Under the pieces are notes generated by a model that searched no databases, was not told where the DNA came from, and was given only the letters and a program-made list of their open reading frames with translations. The position numbers and the translations under genes were made by a program. Shown here in pieces: positions 26,327-36,639 of a DNA stretch of 64,000 nt (within the stretch, counting starts at the first letter, position 1; each line of letters begins with the position of its first letter). The DNA lies in IMG/VR virus record IMGVR_UViG_2636416187_000004, positions 1 through 64,000 of that record; one strand, given 5' to 3'. The stretch comes from a virus. Lineage: Duplodnaviria > Caudoviricetes.

Positions 26327-29300
26327 ATGGCTGACACAGACGTTCAGGGGATGCTGGTCCGCATCGAGGCGACCACTGCGCAGCTCCGTCAGGAAATGGC
26401 GCGCGCAGATTCCACTGTGGCCCAAGCGTCTGGGAAGATTGATAAAAGCCTTGGGCGGATTGATGAGGCTTTTGACCGTGCTGGCGAGCAGGCAGCGCAT
26501 GCTTCCGGACTGATCAAAAGCGCGCTTGCGGCAGCAGTTGGCGCTGCCTCGGTCGGTAAAATCATTGAGGCTGCCGACTCGTATGGCCAGATGTCTGACC
26601 GTATCGGCATGGCTACGGCAAGTGTTGGTGAGTACGACCTAGTGCAGGGGCGCCTGCTGGAGACTGCGAAGCGCACCTACCGCCCCCTGAGTGAGGCTCA
26701 GGAGCTTTACATCCGCACAGCGGACAGCTTGAAGTCAATGGGTTACAACACCAGCCAGGCGCTGGACGTGATGGACAGTTTCAGCTTCCTGTTGGTGACA
26801 AACTCCGCATCAGCCGATAAGGCCAGCGCTGCTATCGATGCCTATTCGAAGGCGCTGCAGACCGGAAAGGTCGAGGCAGATGGTTGGCAGTCGATCCTCG
26901 CCGCGATGCCGACAGTAGTCGACACGATCGCGAAGTCTACTGGCAAGACGGCCGAAGAGATCCGTAGTCTCGGCGCAGAAGGCAAGCTCAGCTTGGACGT
27001 GCTGACCGAAGGCCTACAGAAATCCTCCGAAGCCAACGGTATTCTGGCCGACAGCATGAGCGTAGCGGTGCGCGACGCAGTGCAGAATTTGTCGAACGCC
27101 TTCACGGTTTACGTGGGTCGGCTGAATGAAACGACTGATTTTACGGGCGTCTTGGCTAGTGGAATCAGCGTTCTGGGCGATAACTTCCAGACCTTGGCCG
27201 ATGTGGCCCTTGTCGCCGCGATTGCCGCCCTAACCCGATACGGCGTTACCGCTGCTGACTCCGCAGCGGTGGCTGTGTATTCAGCGGTCAAGGATGCTGC
27301 TGCACGCAAGGCCCAGGCTGCCTCCGTTCTGCTCGCTGCCCAAGCCGAACAGCAGAAGGCACAGACCTCTGTTTTTCTCGCCGAGAAGGAAGCCTTAGCT
27401 GCGCGCGGTACTGCGGTGCAGGCCCAAATGTCGATCCAGCTGGCGGAGGCCAGGATGGTCGAGGCGCGGGCAACGAACGCGGTGACGGCAGCACAGCTTG
27501 GAGTCAGTAAGGCCGGCGGTGTGATCATGGGAGTTCTGGGTGGGCCGCTTGGTATTGCATCGCTTGCGGTCGGCGCCGCGATCGCTTTTCTGACTCTTCG
27601 TGACAACACAAGCGTCCTTGAGGAGAAACTTGGTAATCTAAATGACCCGCTCGACAAACTGACAGAGCGGTTCAACAAGCTTAATCGGGCGACTCAATCC
27701 GTTACCTTGCGCGAACTCCGCTCATCGATTGCGGATACGGAGAAAGACCTTTCAGCAGCCGCCGGCTCCATAGCGTTTGAATTCCAAGCCAGTCTGACTA
27801 ATGCCGGCCTAGCTGGCGCATCTGGCTTTATGGGTGGCATTGCTCCGCTGCCTGCCGAGTTTCAGTCGGCGATGGATATCGTCAACAAGGCTGTCTCCGA
27901 TTCGTCTAAAGGGCAGGCCGTAGATTGGAAAGTAGTGGCGGATCAGGTTAGGCAGATTCCTGGCGTTACTGAAGAAATGGCTCAGTCCATCGAGACCGGG
28001 CAGATCAAGGTTTCCGATCTGACGGAAATTCTCGATAAACAGCGGAAAACGTTGGCTGAGCTTACCGGAGAGACCGATGCCAACACCGCAGCTCGCGGCA
28101 AGAACAATGCCGCTATCGCTGCAGCCGATCAGGTTGGCAAAAAATACCTTGAGCAGTTGCAAAAGCAGCTAGGTGCCGCACAAGACAAAACAGCCCTCGA
28201 GGCTGCCAACCGGTTCATTGCCGAGAATACAGATCTCACTGAAGGGATGATCGTTGCCATTCGCTCGGCAGCTGCCGCCAAGGACGCGCAGAAAGCCTCA
28301 GACGATGCTGCTGCCAAGGCATTGAAGAAAAACTCCAGCGAAACAGAGTCAGCCGCGAAGAAGCAGCTCAAAGACTTCGAATCCACCGAGGAGAGCTACA
28401 AGCGCCAGATCGAGCTGATCAACACCACCGGTGACAAGCAGAAGGACGCCACCGAGGTTCAGAAACTGTCGTTCGAGCTTCAAGAAGGGAAGCTTGGGAA
28501 GCTCAGCGAGGCGCAGAAAAAACGGCTGATGGGTATGGCCGCTGAGCTGGATGCACTGAACAAGCTGAAGAAGGCGAACGAGGATGACCTGAAGCTGACG
28601 GCGTTCAAGAACGCCCAGGCACTGAGCACCCAAACCACAAAGGATGGCTTCGACCAAGAGCTTGCCGGCGTTGGTATGGGCGACAAAACCCGCGACCGAA
28701 TGCGCGCTGATCTGGCGATGCGTCAGAAATACGCCGCTGACGTCGCCGCCCTCAACGAGCAGCGCAACACCGACCAGATCACACCGGAGCTCTACGCCAA
28801 AGAGACCCAGGTATTACAGGACGAACTGAACAAGCGGCTGCTGGCGCAGGAGAGCTTCTACGCGGCGACCGATGAGCAGCAAGCCAACTGGATGAATGGC
28901 GTCAACGAGGCATGGGCCAGCTACGCGGATGCCGCGCGGGACTACTCGGCCCAAGCTGCTGACGTCACCAACACCGCGTTGAGCGAGGCCACCGGTGGGC
29001 TGGGCACGTTCTTCTCGGATGTGGCCAGCGGCGCGGAGGATGCCAGTGACGCGCTGGGGGATATGGTCGGAAACTTCGCCAAATCGATGTTGAAGGCTTT
29101 GGGCGATATGGCGGCACAGTGGCTGATTTACCAGGGTGTGCAGCTGTTGGTGGGCAAGACCACTCAAGCGAGCGCCGCGGGCGCGATGGGGGCGAACGCT
29201 CAAGCCATGTCGTTAACGGCGGGCCTCAACGCCTTTGCCTCTACTGCGGCTATTCCGATCATCGGCCCAGCAGCGGCGCCGGCGGCAATGGCGACCGCGA

Positions 29301-29758
29301 TGGCCGTTACCGGGCCTCTGGCCTCGGCTGTTGGCATGACCGCGTTGGCGGGTATGGCGCACGACGGTATCGACTCGGTGCCAGAGGACGGCAGCTGGTT
29401 TCTGCAAAAAGGCGAGCGAGTCACGACCGCTCAGACCAGTGCAAAACTCGATGCCATGCTGTCACGGATCGACAACAAGCTGGGCGGCTCTGAGCCGCAA
29501 GCGCAGATCGGCGTAGGAAGCCTGGAGGCGGTCGGCAATGGTCGAGTGGCAATGGTTGGCGCTGGCGCCCAGCCGGCTCAAGGTGGATCAACGCAGATCG
29601 TGTTCAACGCCCCCGTTAGCGTGCAGGCCCAGCCCGGCATGACTGATCAGCAGGCGCAGATGCAGGGTGAATCCATCAGTGCCGGTTTGGAAGCGCAGTT
29701 CGGTCGGTTCCTCGATCGGGAGATGGGCCAAGGCGGGCGACTCTGGAGGAGGGTCTGA
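26327..29758 (+). CDS. Tail tape measure protein
   Basis: 1143 aa, Ala-rich; AHDGIDSVP C-terminal motif; position. Confidence 0.93.
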   Translation: MADTDVQGMLVRIEATTAQLRQEMARADSTVAQASGKIDKSLGRIDEAFDRAGEQAAHASGLIKSALAAAVGAASVGKIIEAADSYGQMSDRIGMATASVGEYDLVQGRLLETAKRTYRPLSEAQELYIRTADSLKSMGYNTSQALDVMDSFSFLLVTNSASADKASAAIDAYSKALQTGKVEADGWQSILAAMPTVVDTIAKSTGKTAEEIRSLGAEGKLSLDVLTEGLQKSSEANGILADSMSVAVRDAVQNLSNAFTVYVGRLNETTDFTGVLASGISVLGDNFQTLADVALVAAIAALTRYGVTAADSAAVAVYSAVKDAAARKAQAASVLLAAQAEQQKAQTSVFLAEKEALAARGTAVQAQMSIQLAEARMVEARATNAVTAAQLGVSKAGGVIMGVLGGPLGIASLAVGAAIAFLTLRDNTSVLEEKLGNLNDPLDKLTERFNKLNRATQSVTLRELRSSIADTEKDLSAAAGSIAFEFQASLTNAGLAGASGFMGGIAPLPAEFQSAMDIVNKAVSDSSKGQAVDWKVVADQVRQIPGVTEEMAQSIETGQIKVSDLTEILDKQRKTLAELTGETDANTAARGKNNAAIAAADQVGKKYLEQLQKQLGAAQDKTALEAANRFIAENTDLTEGMIVAIRSAAAAKDAQKASDDAAAKALKKNSSETESAAKKQLKDFESTEESYKRQIELINTTGDKQKDATEVQKLSFELQEGKLGKLSEAQKKRLMGMAAELDALNKLKKANEDDLKLTAFKNAQALSTQTTKDGFDQELAGVGMGDKTRDRMRADLAMRQKYAADVAALNEQRNTDQITPELYAKETQVLQDELNKRLLAQESFYAATDEQQANWMNGVNEAWASYADAARDYSAQAADVTNTALSEATGGLGTFFSDVASGAEDASDALGDMVGNFAKSMLKALGDMAAQWLIYQGVQLLVGKTTQASAAGAMGANAQAMSLTAGLNAFASTAAIPIIGPAAAPAAMATAMAVTGPLASAVGMTALAGMAHDGIDSVPEDGSWFLQKGERVTTAQTSAKLDAMLSRIDNKLGGSEPQAQIGVGSLEAVGNGRVAMVGAGAQPAQGGSTQIVFNAPVSVQAQPGMTDQQAQMQGESISAGLEAQFGRFLDREMGQGGRLWRRV

Positions 29759-30102
29759 TGGCCGAGGAATTTATCTACGACGTCGAGGTTGGCGCCGATG
29801 GCGATGTGTCCCAGCGAACCTGGGAGAACGAATTCGGCGACGGTTACGTTCAGGCTGGCGGAATCGGGATCAACACGAAAAGTCAGGTTTGGAACCTCAC
29901 GCACACCGGCTCGATGGAGCCAGGAGAGGAGCTGCCGCTGATCTGGGCGTTCCTCGATCGGCACGAGGGCTATAAATCTTTTCTTTGGACTCCCCCGGAC
30001 GGCGCCCGAGGAAGATACCGGTGCAACGGCTACAAACCGAAATCCGTCGGCCCCGGCCTTTTCACGCTGACGTTCTCGTTCAAGCAGGTCTACACCCCCT
30101 GA
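29758..30102 (+). CDS. Distal tail protein (lambda gpM-like)
   Basis: FGDGYVQ...FLDRHEGYKSFLWTPP. Confidence 0.85.
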   Translation: MAEEFIYDVEVGADGDVSQRTWENEFGDGYVQAGGIGINTKSQVWNLTHTGSMEPGEELPLIWAFLDRHEGYKSFLWTPPDGARGRYRCNGYKPKSVGPGLFTLTFSFKQVYTP

Positions 30103-30156
30103 TCGAATGCGATCACCGACCCCGCCAAGTGCGGGGTTTGTTGTTTCTGGAGCCCT

Positions 30157-30858
30157 ATGAATTACAACACTGATATTCAGAAGCTCGAGCCGGGCAACCA
30201 AATCCGACTGTTCGAGCTCGATGCCACGCGCCTGGGCGCAAATATCTGGCGCTTCCATGGCCACGCCCAAGAGGGAGACATCATTTGGCAGGGGCAGGTT
30301 TACTCCCCGATCCAGATCACCGCGAAGGGCTTCGATATTCGTGGTGATGGCCGGCCGGCAACGCCGACACTCCAAGTAGTCAACGAGCTGGACGGTGTCC
30401 CTGGAGCCATCACGGCGCTGTGTTTGCAGTTCCGCGACCTTGCTGGCGCCAAGGTTCGAGTCATCGAGACGTTCAGGCATTTCCTCGACGCGGCCAACTT
30501 CCCCGAGGGCAACCCGGACGCCAGCGACCAGAGCAAAGTCAACCTCTGGTACATCGAGCAGAAGACGGAAGAAACGCGCGCCGCGGTGGTGTTCTCGTTG
30601 TCGAGCCCCACGGACATGGAGGGGCAGCAACTGCCATCCCAGCAGATCACCAAGCTCTGCCGGTGGGCCTGCCGGGGTGGTTACCGCGGCGAGGCCTGCG
30701 CCTACATGGGCGGCGCGATGTTCACCAAAAAGAACGAACCCACCGACAACCCTGCGCTTGATCGCTGTGGCGGCTGGTGGAGCAGCTGCAAGCTACGCGG
30801 CAACACTCGCCGGTTCGGCGGCTCAATGGGCGCGAGCCTGATCACCAGTTCGAGGTAA
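30157..30858 (+). CDS. Tail tip protein (lambda gpL-like)
   Basis: C-terminal four-Cys pattern CRW..YRGEAC..DRC..SC. Confidence 0.88.
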   Translation: MNYNTDIQKLEPGNQIRLFELDATRLGANIWRFHGHAQEGDIIWQGQVYSPIQITAKGFDIRGDGRPATPTLQVVNELDGVPGAITALCLQFRDLAGAKVRVIETFRHFLDAANFPEGNPDASDQSKVNLWYIEQKTEETRAAVVFSLSSPTDMEGQQLPSQQITKLCRWACRGGYRGEACAYMGGAMFTKKNEPTDNPALDRCGGWWSSCKLRGNTRRFGGSMGASLITSSR

Positions 30859-30861
30859 TCC

Positions 30862-31644
30862 ATGCGCATCAATAAACAGCTGCAGGACGCGATTCGCGCC
30901 CACGCGGCGCAGGCGTATCCGGCAGAAGCCTGCGGCCTGCTGATCAGCACCGCCTGCGGTCGTGAGTACGTGCCATGTGTCAACCGGGCAAAGACCGATC
31001 GCGAAAACTTCCAAATCTGCGAGCGCGACCAGGCCGCGGCAGAGGATCGCGGCGAGGTGCTGGCCATCATCCACAGCCATCCTGACAAAGCGCCGATACC
31101 GAGCATGGCCGACCGGGTCAGCTGCGAGTTGCACGAATTGCCCTGGGGTATCGTTGGATGGCCCGGTGGCGAGTTCGAATGGTTCAAGCCGTCGGGTTTT
31201 CAGGCCCCGCTGTTGGGCCGCGACTTCTCCCATGGCCTGCTCGATTGCTGGGCGGCGTGCCGCGACTGGTACGCACGCGAGGCAGGGCTGCTGTTGCCGA
31301 ACTTCGAGCGACACGATCTGTGGTGGGAAGACGAAGCCGGCCCGAGCCTCTATGAGGACAACTTCAAGGCCGCGGGCTTTTACCAGGTGAGCGAGGCGCG
31401 CCGCGGCGACATGCTGGTGTTGCAGATCCCGACGCCGGGCCGCAACTGTTTCCACCCGAACCACGCCGCGATCTATCTGGGCGACGAGCCGGCACTGGTC
31501 AGTGAGCCTGCGGCCACCCTGGGGGGCGCTGGACCGTTCATTTACCACCACATGGCCGGGCGCCTTGCCGGTCGTGAGATTTACGGCTGGTCGATGGCCA
31601 ACCGGGTAAAGCTGATTCTGCGGCACAAGGACTATCGACCATGA
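30862..31644 (+). CDS. Tail tip assembly protein (lambda gpK-like; JAB and NlpC/P60)
   Basis: EACG, HSHPD, DCW, NHAAIY. Confidence 0.9.
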   Translation: MRINKQLQDAIRAHAAQAYPAEACGLLISTACGREYVPCVNRAKTDRENFQICERDQAAAEDRGEVLAIIHSHPDKAPIPSMADRVSCELHELPWGIVGWPGGEFEWFKPSGFQAPLLGRDFSHGLLDCWAACRDWYAREAGLLLPNFERHDLWWEDEAGPSLYEDNFKAAGFYQVSEARRGDMLVLQIPTPGRNCFHPNHAAIYLGDEPALVSEPAATLGGAGPFIYHHMAGRLAGREIYGWSMANRVKLILRHKDYRP

Positions 31645-32225
31645 AACGCACCATCAAGCTCGGCGGTGTGCTGGGCAAGCGCTTCGGGCGCGAGTACGTC
31701 CTCGATGTCAACGGCGTGCTGGATGCCATGAGCGCCCTGTGCAACCTGAAACCGGGATTCGAGCGGTTCATGCGCACCGCAGAGGAGCGGGGCCTGGTCT
31801 TCGCTGTGTTCGTCGACGAACGCAATATCGCCCAGGAAGAACTGGGCATGAAAGACTCCGGCGCCGGCGCTATCCGCATCATGCCGATCATTCAGGGCAG
31901 CAAGCAGGCTGGCATGTTTCAGACCCTGCTTGGCGTGGCGCTGATCGTCGCGGGCATGTTCACCGGCGGCACCACCTCGGCGCTGGGCATGGGATTGCTC
32001 GCCACCGGCGCAGCTGTCGGATTGGGCGGCGTGGTGCAGATGCTTTCGCCAACCACCAAGGCTAACACCAGCGACCGCAACGAAGACGGCAACAACCCCA
32101 GCTACGGATTCGGCGGCGCGGTGACCACCATCGCTCAAGGCAACCCATATCCGCTGCTCTATGGCGAGCGAGAAATAGGCGGGGCTATCGAGTCCGGCGG
32201 CATCTACACCCAAGACAACATTTAA
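31641..32225 (+). CDS. Tail tip assembly protein (lambda gpI-like)
   Basis: SYGFGGAVTTIAQGNPYPLLYGE. Confidence 0.88.
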   Translation: MKRTIKLGGVLGKRFGREYVLDVNGVLDAMSALCNLKPGFERFMRTAEERGLVFAVFVDERNIAQEELGMKDSGAGAIRIMPIIQGSKQAGMFQTLLGVALIVAGMFTGGTTSALGMGLLATGAAVGLGGVVQMLSPTTKANTSDRNEDGNNPSYGFGGAVTTIAQGNPYPLLYGEREIGGAIESGGIYTQDNI

Positions 32226-32247
32226 CTCGCATTGTGGATGCCTGATA

Positions 32248-32655
32248 TTAGATCTTGTTTTTGCTGCTGTTGGGCGAGGTCGGATTGTTGTTTCGCGAGT
32301 CATTGGAACTCGCATTTTGCTGTTTTTCTGGAGCTTGCTGGGCTCGATCTGGAAGGGGGGTTCTGAGCGTTTCAGACTTTAACCATTCCATCTCGCGCAG
32401 AGTCACCTTTGCAAATAGAGACGTGGCTTCGGCTCTGGCTCCTCCCAGCTCATAAAACTCATGTGCCAGCTCGGTGCATCGACTTTTTGCGGGAATTGTT
32501 GTGTTTTTTATGTATTCGAGTATCGCTAATGCTTGTTTTGGGTCAGTGCATTTGAAATGAACGTAGTCCCCTTCCAGTACGTACCAGACTCCATTCGGCG
32601 CATCTTCAAGCGGTTCCCCATTAGCATTCGTTGGAAATAATGTAAAAACAGTCAT
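32248..32655 (-). CDS. Moron: counter-oriented hypothetical protein between gpI and gpJ
   Basis: AT-rich, GGAG SD before ATG 32655. Confidence 0.6.
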   Translation of the reverse strand: MTVFTLFPTNANGEPLEDAPNGVWYVLEGDYVHFKCTDPKQALAILEYIKNTTIPAKSRCTELAHEFYELGGARAEATSLFAKVTLREMEWLKSETLRTPLPDRAQQAPEKQQNASSNDSRNNNPTSPNSSKNKI

Positions 32656-32791
32656 GATTGAACTCCCTGTATTAAGACCGATGCTTATAGCAAGCTGACG
32701 GAAATGTTCACAGTCCTGCACCGATTTTTTACCAATCTAAATTGCTATTTCCCCAACCCGCCTCGGCGGGTTTTTGCATTCAGGAGGGCGC

Positions 32792-35700
32792 ATGAGCGCA
32801 GCAGCAAAGAAGGCTTCGCGCGCGGCGCCGAGGAAACGCCGAGCAGTCACTGGCAGCAAGGGCGGGCAGGCCAAGCAGAAGCAGCCGAGCATCGCCACCA
32901 ATAGCGTGCCATCGATCGCTACCGCGCGCATTGTTTACCTCTGGAGCTGGGGGCCAATTGTTGGTCCGGTGAACGGGCTACGCTCAATCAAGCTCGATGG
33001 TACCCCGGTGCAGGCCGAAGACGGCACGTTCAACTATCCTGGCGTGAAATGGCAGTTTCGCACTGGTGAGCTGAACCAGCCGCGGCTTGAGGGCATCTCG
33101 GAAGCCAGCAATGAAATTCAGGTCAACCAAGAGCTGCGCAGCACCAGCCCTTGGCTCCACAGCATCACCAATGCGCAGATCGATGCTGTGCGGATTCGCT
33201 TCGGTTGGCCACAGCTGCAGAGCCAGGATGCCAGCGGCAACATCAACGGTGTTCGGATCGAATATGTCGTTGAGGTCTCGACGGACAGCGGCCCATATTT
33301 GCAAGTCCTGAGTTCGTTTGTTGACCGGAAAAACGTCACCAAGTACGAGCGATCGCATCGGATCGACTTGCCTGCCGGCAGTCGCTGGACGATCCGCGCC
33401 CGGCGCCTGACGCCAGAGGCGAACAGCTCACTGGTGCAAGACGGGATGCTGGTCGAGGCTATTGCCGAGGTTGTCGATAGCGATCAGGAATATCCGCTGA
33501 CCGCCGTGGGTTGCCTCGAGTATGACGCCCAGCAATTCGGCGGCGATATCGCCAAGGTCGCCGCCCTGATGCGCGGCCGCATTATTCGGGTACCGGCCAA
33601 CTACAACGCCGAGACGCGCACCTATTCCACAGGTGGGCCCGGTACTAGTAACGGTGTTTGGGACGGCACCTTCAAGGAGGCTTACACCAACAACCCGGCG
33701 TGGATCTTTTACGACCTGGTGCTGCATCCGTATTACGGGCTAGGCGAGCGCATCGACGCCACAATGGTTGATCGCTGGTCGTTGTACCGAATTGCCCAGT
33801 ACTGCGACCAGATGGTGCCGGACGGCAAGGGTGGCCAGGTTCCGCGGTTCACCTGCAACCTGTATTTCCAGAAGCAAGCCGAGGCGTACGCAGTGCTGCA
33901 GGATCTGGCCTCGATCTTCCACGGCATGGCCTATTGGGATGGGAGCCAGATCGTCGTCAATGCCGATATGCCTGGTGATCCGGTGTACACCTACAGTCCC
34001 GCCCAGATCCTGAACAACGGTGAAATCAAATACGAGGGCACTCGCGCGCGAGATCGGCATACGCTGGCCATGGTGTCCTGGGACAATCCGGACCAGGGTT
34101 TTGAGACCGACAAGGAGCCGGTATTTGATGATGAGGCCATGACCGAGCTAGGCATGGTGCGCGAGCTCTCAGTAGATGCCATCGGCTGCACATCGCTGGG
34201 GCAGGCTCAGCGCGCCGGCCAGTGGGCGCTGCTGACCGAGCAGTTGCAGACCCGCGGCGCCACCATGCGAGTGGGTTTGGATGGACAAATTCCGAAGCCT
34301 GGCCAAGTTATCGCGATAGCCGATCCATCACTGGCCGGGCGGGCGAATGGCGGACGTATCTCGGCGGTCGCCGGCCGGGTCATCACGCTTGACCGGGACA
34401 CTCCGGTTCCAGCAGGCGCTCGACTCCTCGTAAACCTGCCAAGTGGCAAATCGGAGGCCCGCGTAGTCCGGTCTGCTGTCGGCCGGGCGATCACTGTCAT
34501 GGCGGACTACAGCGAAGCGCCGGTAGCCGAATGCGGGTGGGCGCTCGATTACGACGACCTGAAGCTGATGCAGTTCTACGTGCGCAACGTTACGCGCCCC
34601 GAGTGGCACCAGTTTCAACTGGAAATGATTCAGCACGAACCCAGTAAGTTTGACGCGATCGACTTCGGCGCCGTGGTTGATACGCGCCCGATTACGGGGA
34701 TACCCATCGGAACCCAGGCTGCGCCGGCTAGAGTGCTGATCAGTCAGAACGTTGTGATTGAGCAGGGTATTGCAGTCACCAGTATGTCGATCGCCTGGGA
34801 CGCTGCGCCTGGCGTAGTCGGGTACGACGTCGAATGGCGCTGGGGGGCTCGGGAGTGGATCAAGGTTCCGCGCACCGGCGAGCTGATGGTCGACGTTCGC
34901 GGGATATATTCGGGTCAGTACTTGGCGCGTGTGCGCGCGGTCAGCGCCATGAATGTCTCATCGGTGCCAACCAACTCGGTATTGACTGACTTGCTTGGCA
35001 AAACCGGCTTGCCGCCGGCGGTCACGCATCTCGCCGCGACATCCTTGCTCTTCGGGATTGAACTCAAGTGGGGTTTTCCGGCTGGAGCAGAGGACACTCA
35101 GCGCACCGAGATTTGGTATGGCTCGTCACCGTCCCGAGAAGACGCCATTAAGCTGGCTGATTTGGCTTATCCGCAGAACGACTACAGCATGCAAAGCCTG
35201 CTGGCGGGAGCCACCTTCTTCTTTTGGGCTCGGTTGGTGGATCGTACGGGTAACGTCGGACCATGGTACCCAGAGGGGATTGGCGTATTGGGCCAAGCCA
35301 GTTCCGACGCTGGCCCGATCCTTCAACTGATCAAGGGGCAGATCACTGAGACTGAGCTCGGTGAGGACCTGTTGACCGAGATCGAAAAGATCCCGGGGCT
35401 CCAGGAGCAGATCGACAACATCGCCGATGCGCAGGAGTACAAACCGTCGTCGACCTATCTGAAAGGGGAGACAGTGCGCGTTGGGCGGCGCCTGTACTTG
35501 GCTTTGCAGGCTGTGCCAACAAACACGCCACCACCAAATCTCACCTACTGGGAGGACATCGGTCAGGCGATCCAGGAGGCAAACGCGCTGGCCGCGCAGG
35601 TCTCGAAAAACACGCTGGATATTGAGCATCAGGGCGACCAACTGACCGCACAGGCTATCAAGCTCGACGGCGTATACGTGCAGGTGAATCCCGCGCTGGC

Positions 35701-36319
35701 GGGCGACACAGGCGGGTACGCGGGTTCAGATCAGGTCTACGCCGGCGTGTGGTCCGAGCAGTCGGCGCGGTTTGAAGAAGGCGTCGCGACGGCCAAGAAA
35801 TTCGACACGGTCGAGGCTCAGGTAAACCAGACCAACGCGGTCGTGCAAACGACCAGCCAAGCAGTGGCCACGCTGGATGGCAAGGCCTCAACGATGTGGT
35901 CGGTGAAGATGCAGGTTACGGCAAGCGGACAGTACGTCACCGCCGGCATTGGCCTGGGCATCGAGAACACCGGCGCCGGCTTGCAGAGCCAGTTCCTGGT
36001 CTCGGCTGACCGCTTCGCCATAGTGAACTCGATAGCCGGTGGAGCTGTGTCGGTTCCGTTCGCGGTGACGGGCGGGCAGGTGTTCATGAATTCCGCCTTC
36101 ATCCAGGATGGCAGCATCACCATGCTGAAGATTGGTCAGTACCTGCAATCGGACAACTACGTCGCGAACGTCCAAGGCTGGAGGCTCGATAAGGCTGGCA
36201 ACCTTGAGTTCAATGGGCCAGCGCCGGGTGGCGGGCGACTGACAATGACCAACCGGGCGATCAAGGTGTACGACTCGAACGGGGTGAAACGTGTGCAATT
36301 GGGAGATCTCGACGCATGA
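32792..36319 (+). CDS. Host specificity / central tail fibre (lambda gpJ-like)
   Basis: YTNNPAWIFYD, FnIII-like region, SQFLVSADRFA (DUF1983-like) C-terminus. Confidence 0.93.
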   Translation: MSAAAKKASRAAPRKRRAVTGSKGGQAKQKQPSIATNSVPSIATARIVYLWSWGPIVGPVNGLRSIKLDGTPVQAEDGTFNYPGVKWQFRTGELNQPRLEGISEASNEIQVNQELRSTSPWLHSITNAQIDAVRIRFGWPQLQSQDASGNINGVRIEYVVEVSTDSGPYLQVLSSFVDRKNVTKYERSHRIDLPAGSRWTIRARRLTPEANSSLVQDGMLVEAIAEVVDSDQEYPLTAVGCLEYDAQQFGGDIAKVAALMRGRIIRVPANYNAETRTYSTGGPGTSNGVWDGTFKEAYTNNPAWIFYDLVLHPYYGLGERIDATMVDRWSLYRIAQYCDQMVPDGKGGQVPRFTCNLYFQKQAEAYAVLQDLASIFHGMAYWDGSQIVVNADMPGDPVYTYSPAQILNNGEIKYEGTRARDRHTLAMVSWDNPDQGFETDKEPVFDDEAMTELGMVRELSVDAIGCTSLGQAQRAGQWALLTEQLQTRGATMRVGLDGQIPKPGQVIAIADPSLAGRANGGRISAVAGRVITLDRDTPVPAGARLLVNLPSGKSEARVVRSAVGRAITVMADYSEAPVAECGWALDYDDLKLMQFYVRNVTRPEWHQFQLEMIQHEPSKFDAIDFGAVVDTRPITGIPIGTQAAPARVLISQNVVIEQGIAVTSMSIAWDAAPGVVGYDVEWRWGAREWIKVPRTGELMVDVRGIYSGQYLARVRAVSAMNVSSVPTNSVLTDLLGKTGLPPAVTHLAATSLLFGIELKWGFPAGAEDTQRTEIWYGSSPSREDAIKLADLAYPQNDYSMQSLLAGATFFFWARLVDRTGNVGPWYPEGIGVLGQASSDAGPILQLIKGQITETELGEDLLTEIEKIPGLQEQIDNIADAQEYKPSSTYLKGETVRVGRRLYLALQAVPTNTPPPNLTYWEDIGQAIQEANALAAQVSKNTLDIEHQGDQLTAQAIKLDGVYVQVNPALAGDTGGYAGSDQVYAGVWSEQSARFEEGVATAKKFDTVEAQVNQTNAVVQTTSQAVATLDGKASTMWSVKMQVTASGQYVTAGIGLGIENTGAGLQSQFLVSADRFAIVNSIAGGAVSVPFAVTGGQVFMNSAFIQDGSITMLKIGQYLQSDNYVANVQGWRLDKAGNLEFNGPAPGGGRLTMTNRAIKVYDSNGVKRVQLGDLDA

Positions 36320-36639
36320 GCCATGGACTGAGGATCTGGGGGGGCGATGGGACTCTCCAATTCAACACGGACACAGCGACCTGGCGAATCGTCCTGTCCT
36401 CTCTGGTGTCATTCGCGGGCGCAGCAGGAAAGAGTACTCAGCAATTCTCTGTGCCCGGATGCAACGCAAATAACGCTGTCGCAATGGTTATCCCAGTAGG
36501 CGCGGCAGCGGCTGATGATCGTCAACTTGAGACGGAATTATCGGACGGCGTGGTCAATGTCAGGAACTACATCAACGGTTACGCGGGAGCGATGTTCTCC
36601 CACAGCACCATGCGATTGATTGTAATGAGGTGGTATTGA
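36316..36639 (+). CDS. Tail tip accessory protein
   Basis: GLRIWGGDG repeat type; coupled to gpJ. Confidence 0.65.
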   Translation: MSHGLRIWGGDGTLQFNTDTATWRIVLSSLVSFAGAAGKSTQQFSVPGCNANNAVAMVIPVGAAAADDRQLETELSDGVVNVRNYINGYAGAMFSHSTMRLIVMRWY

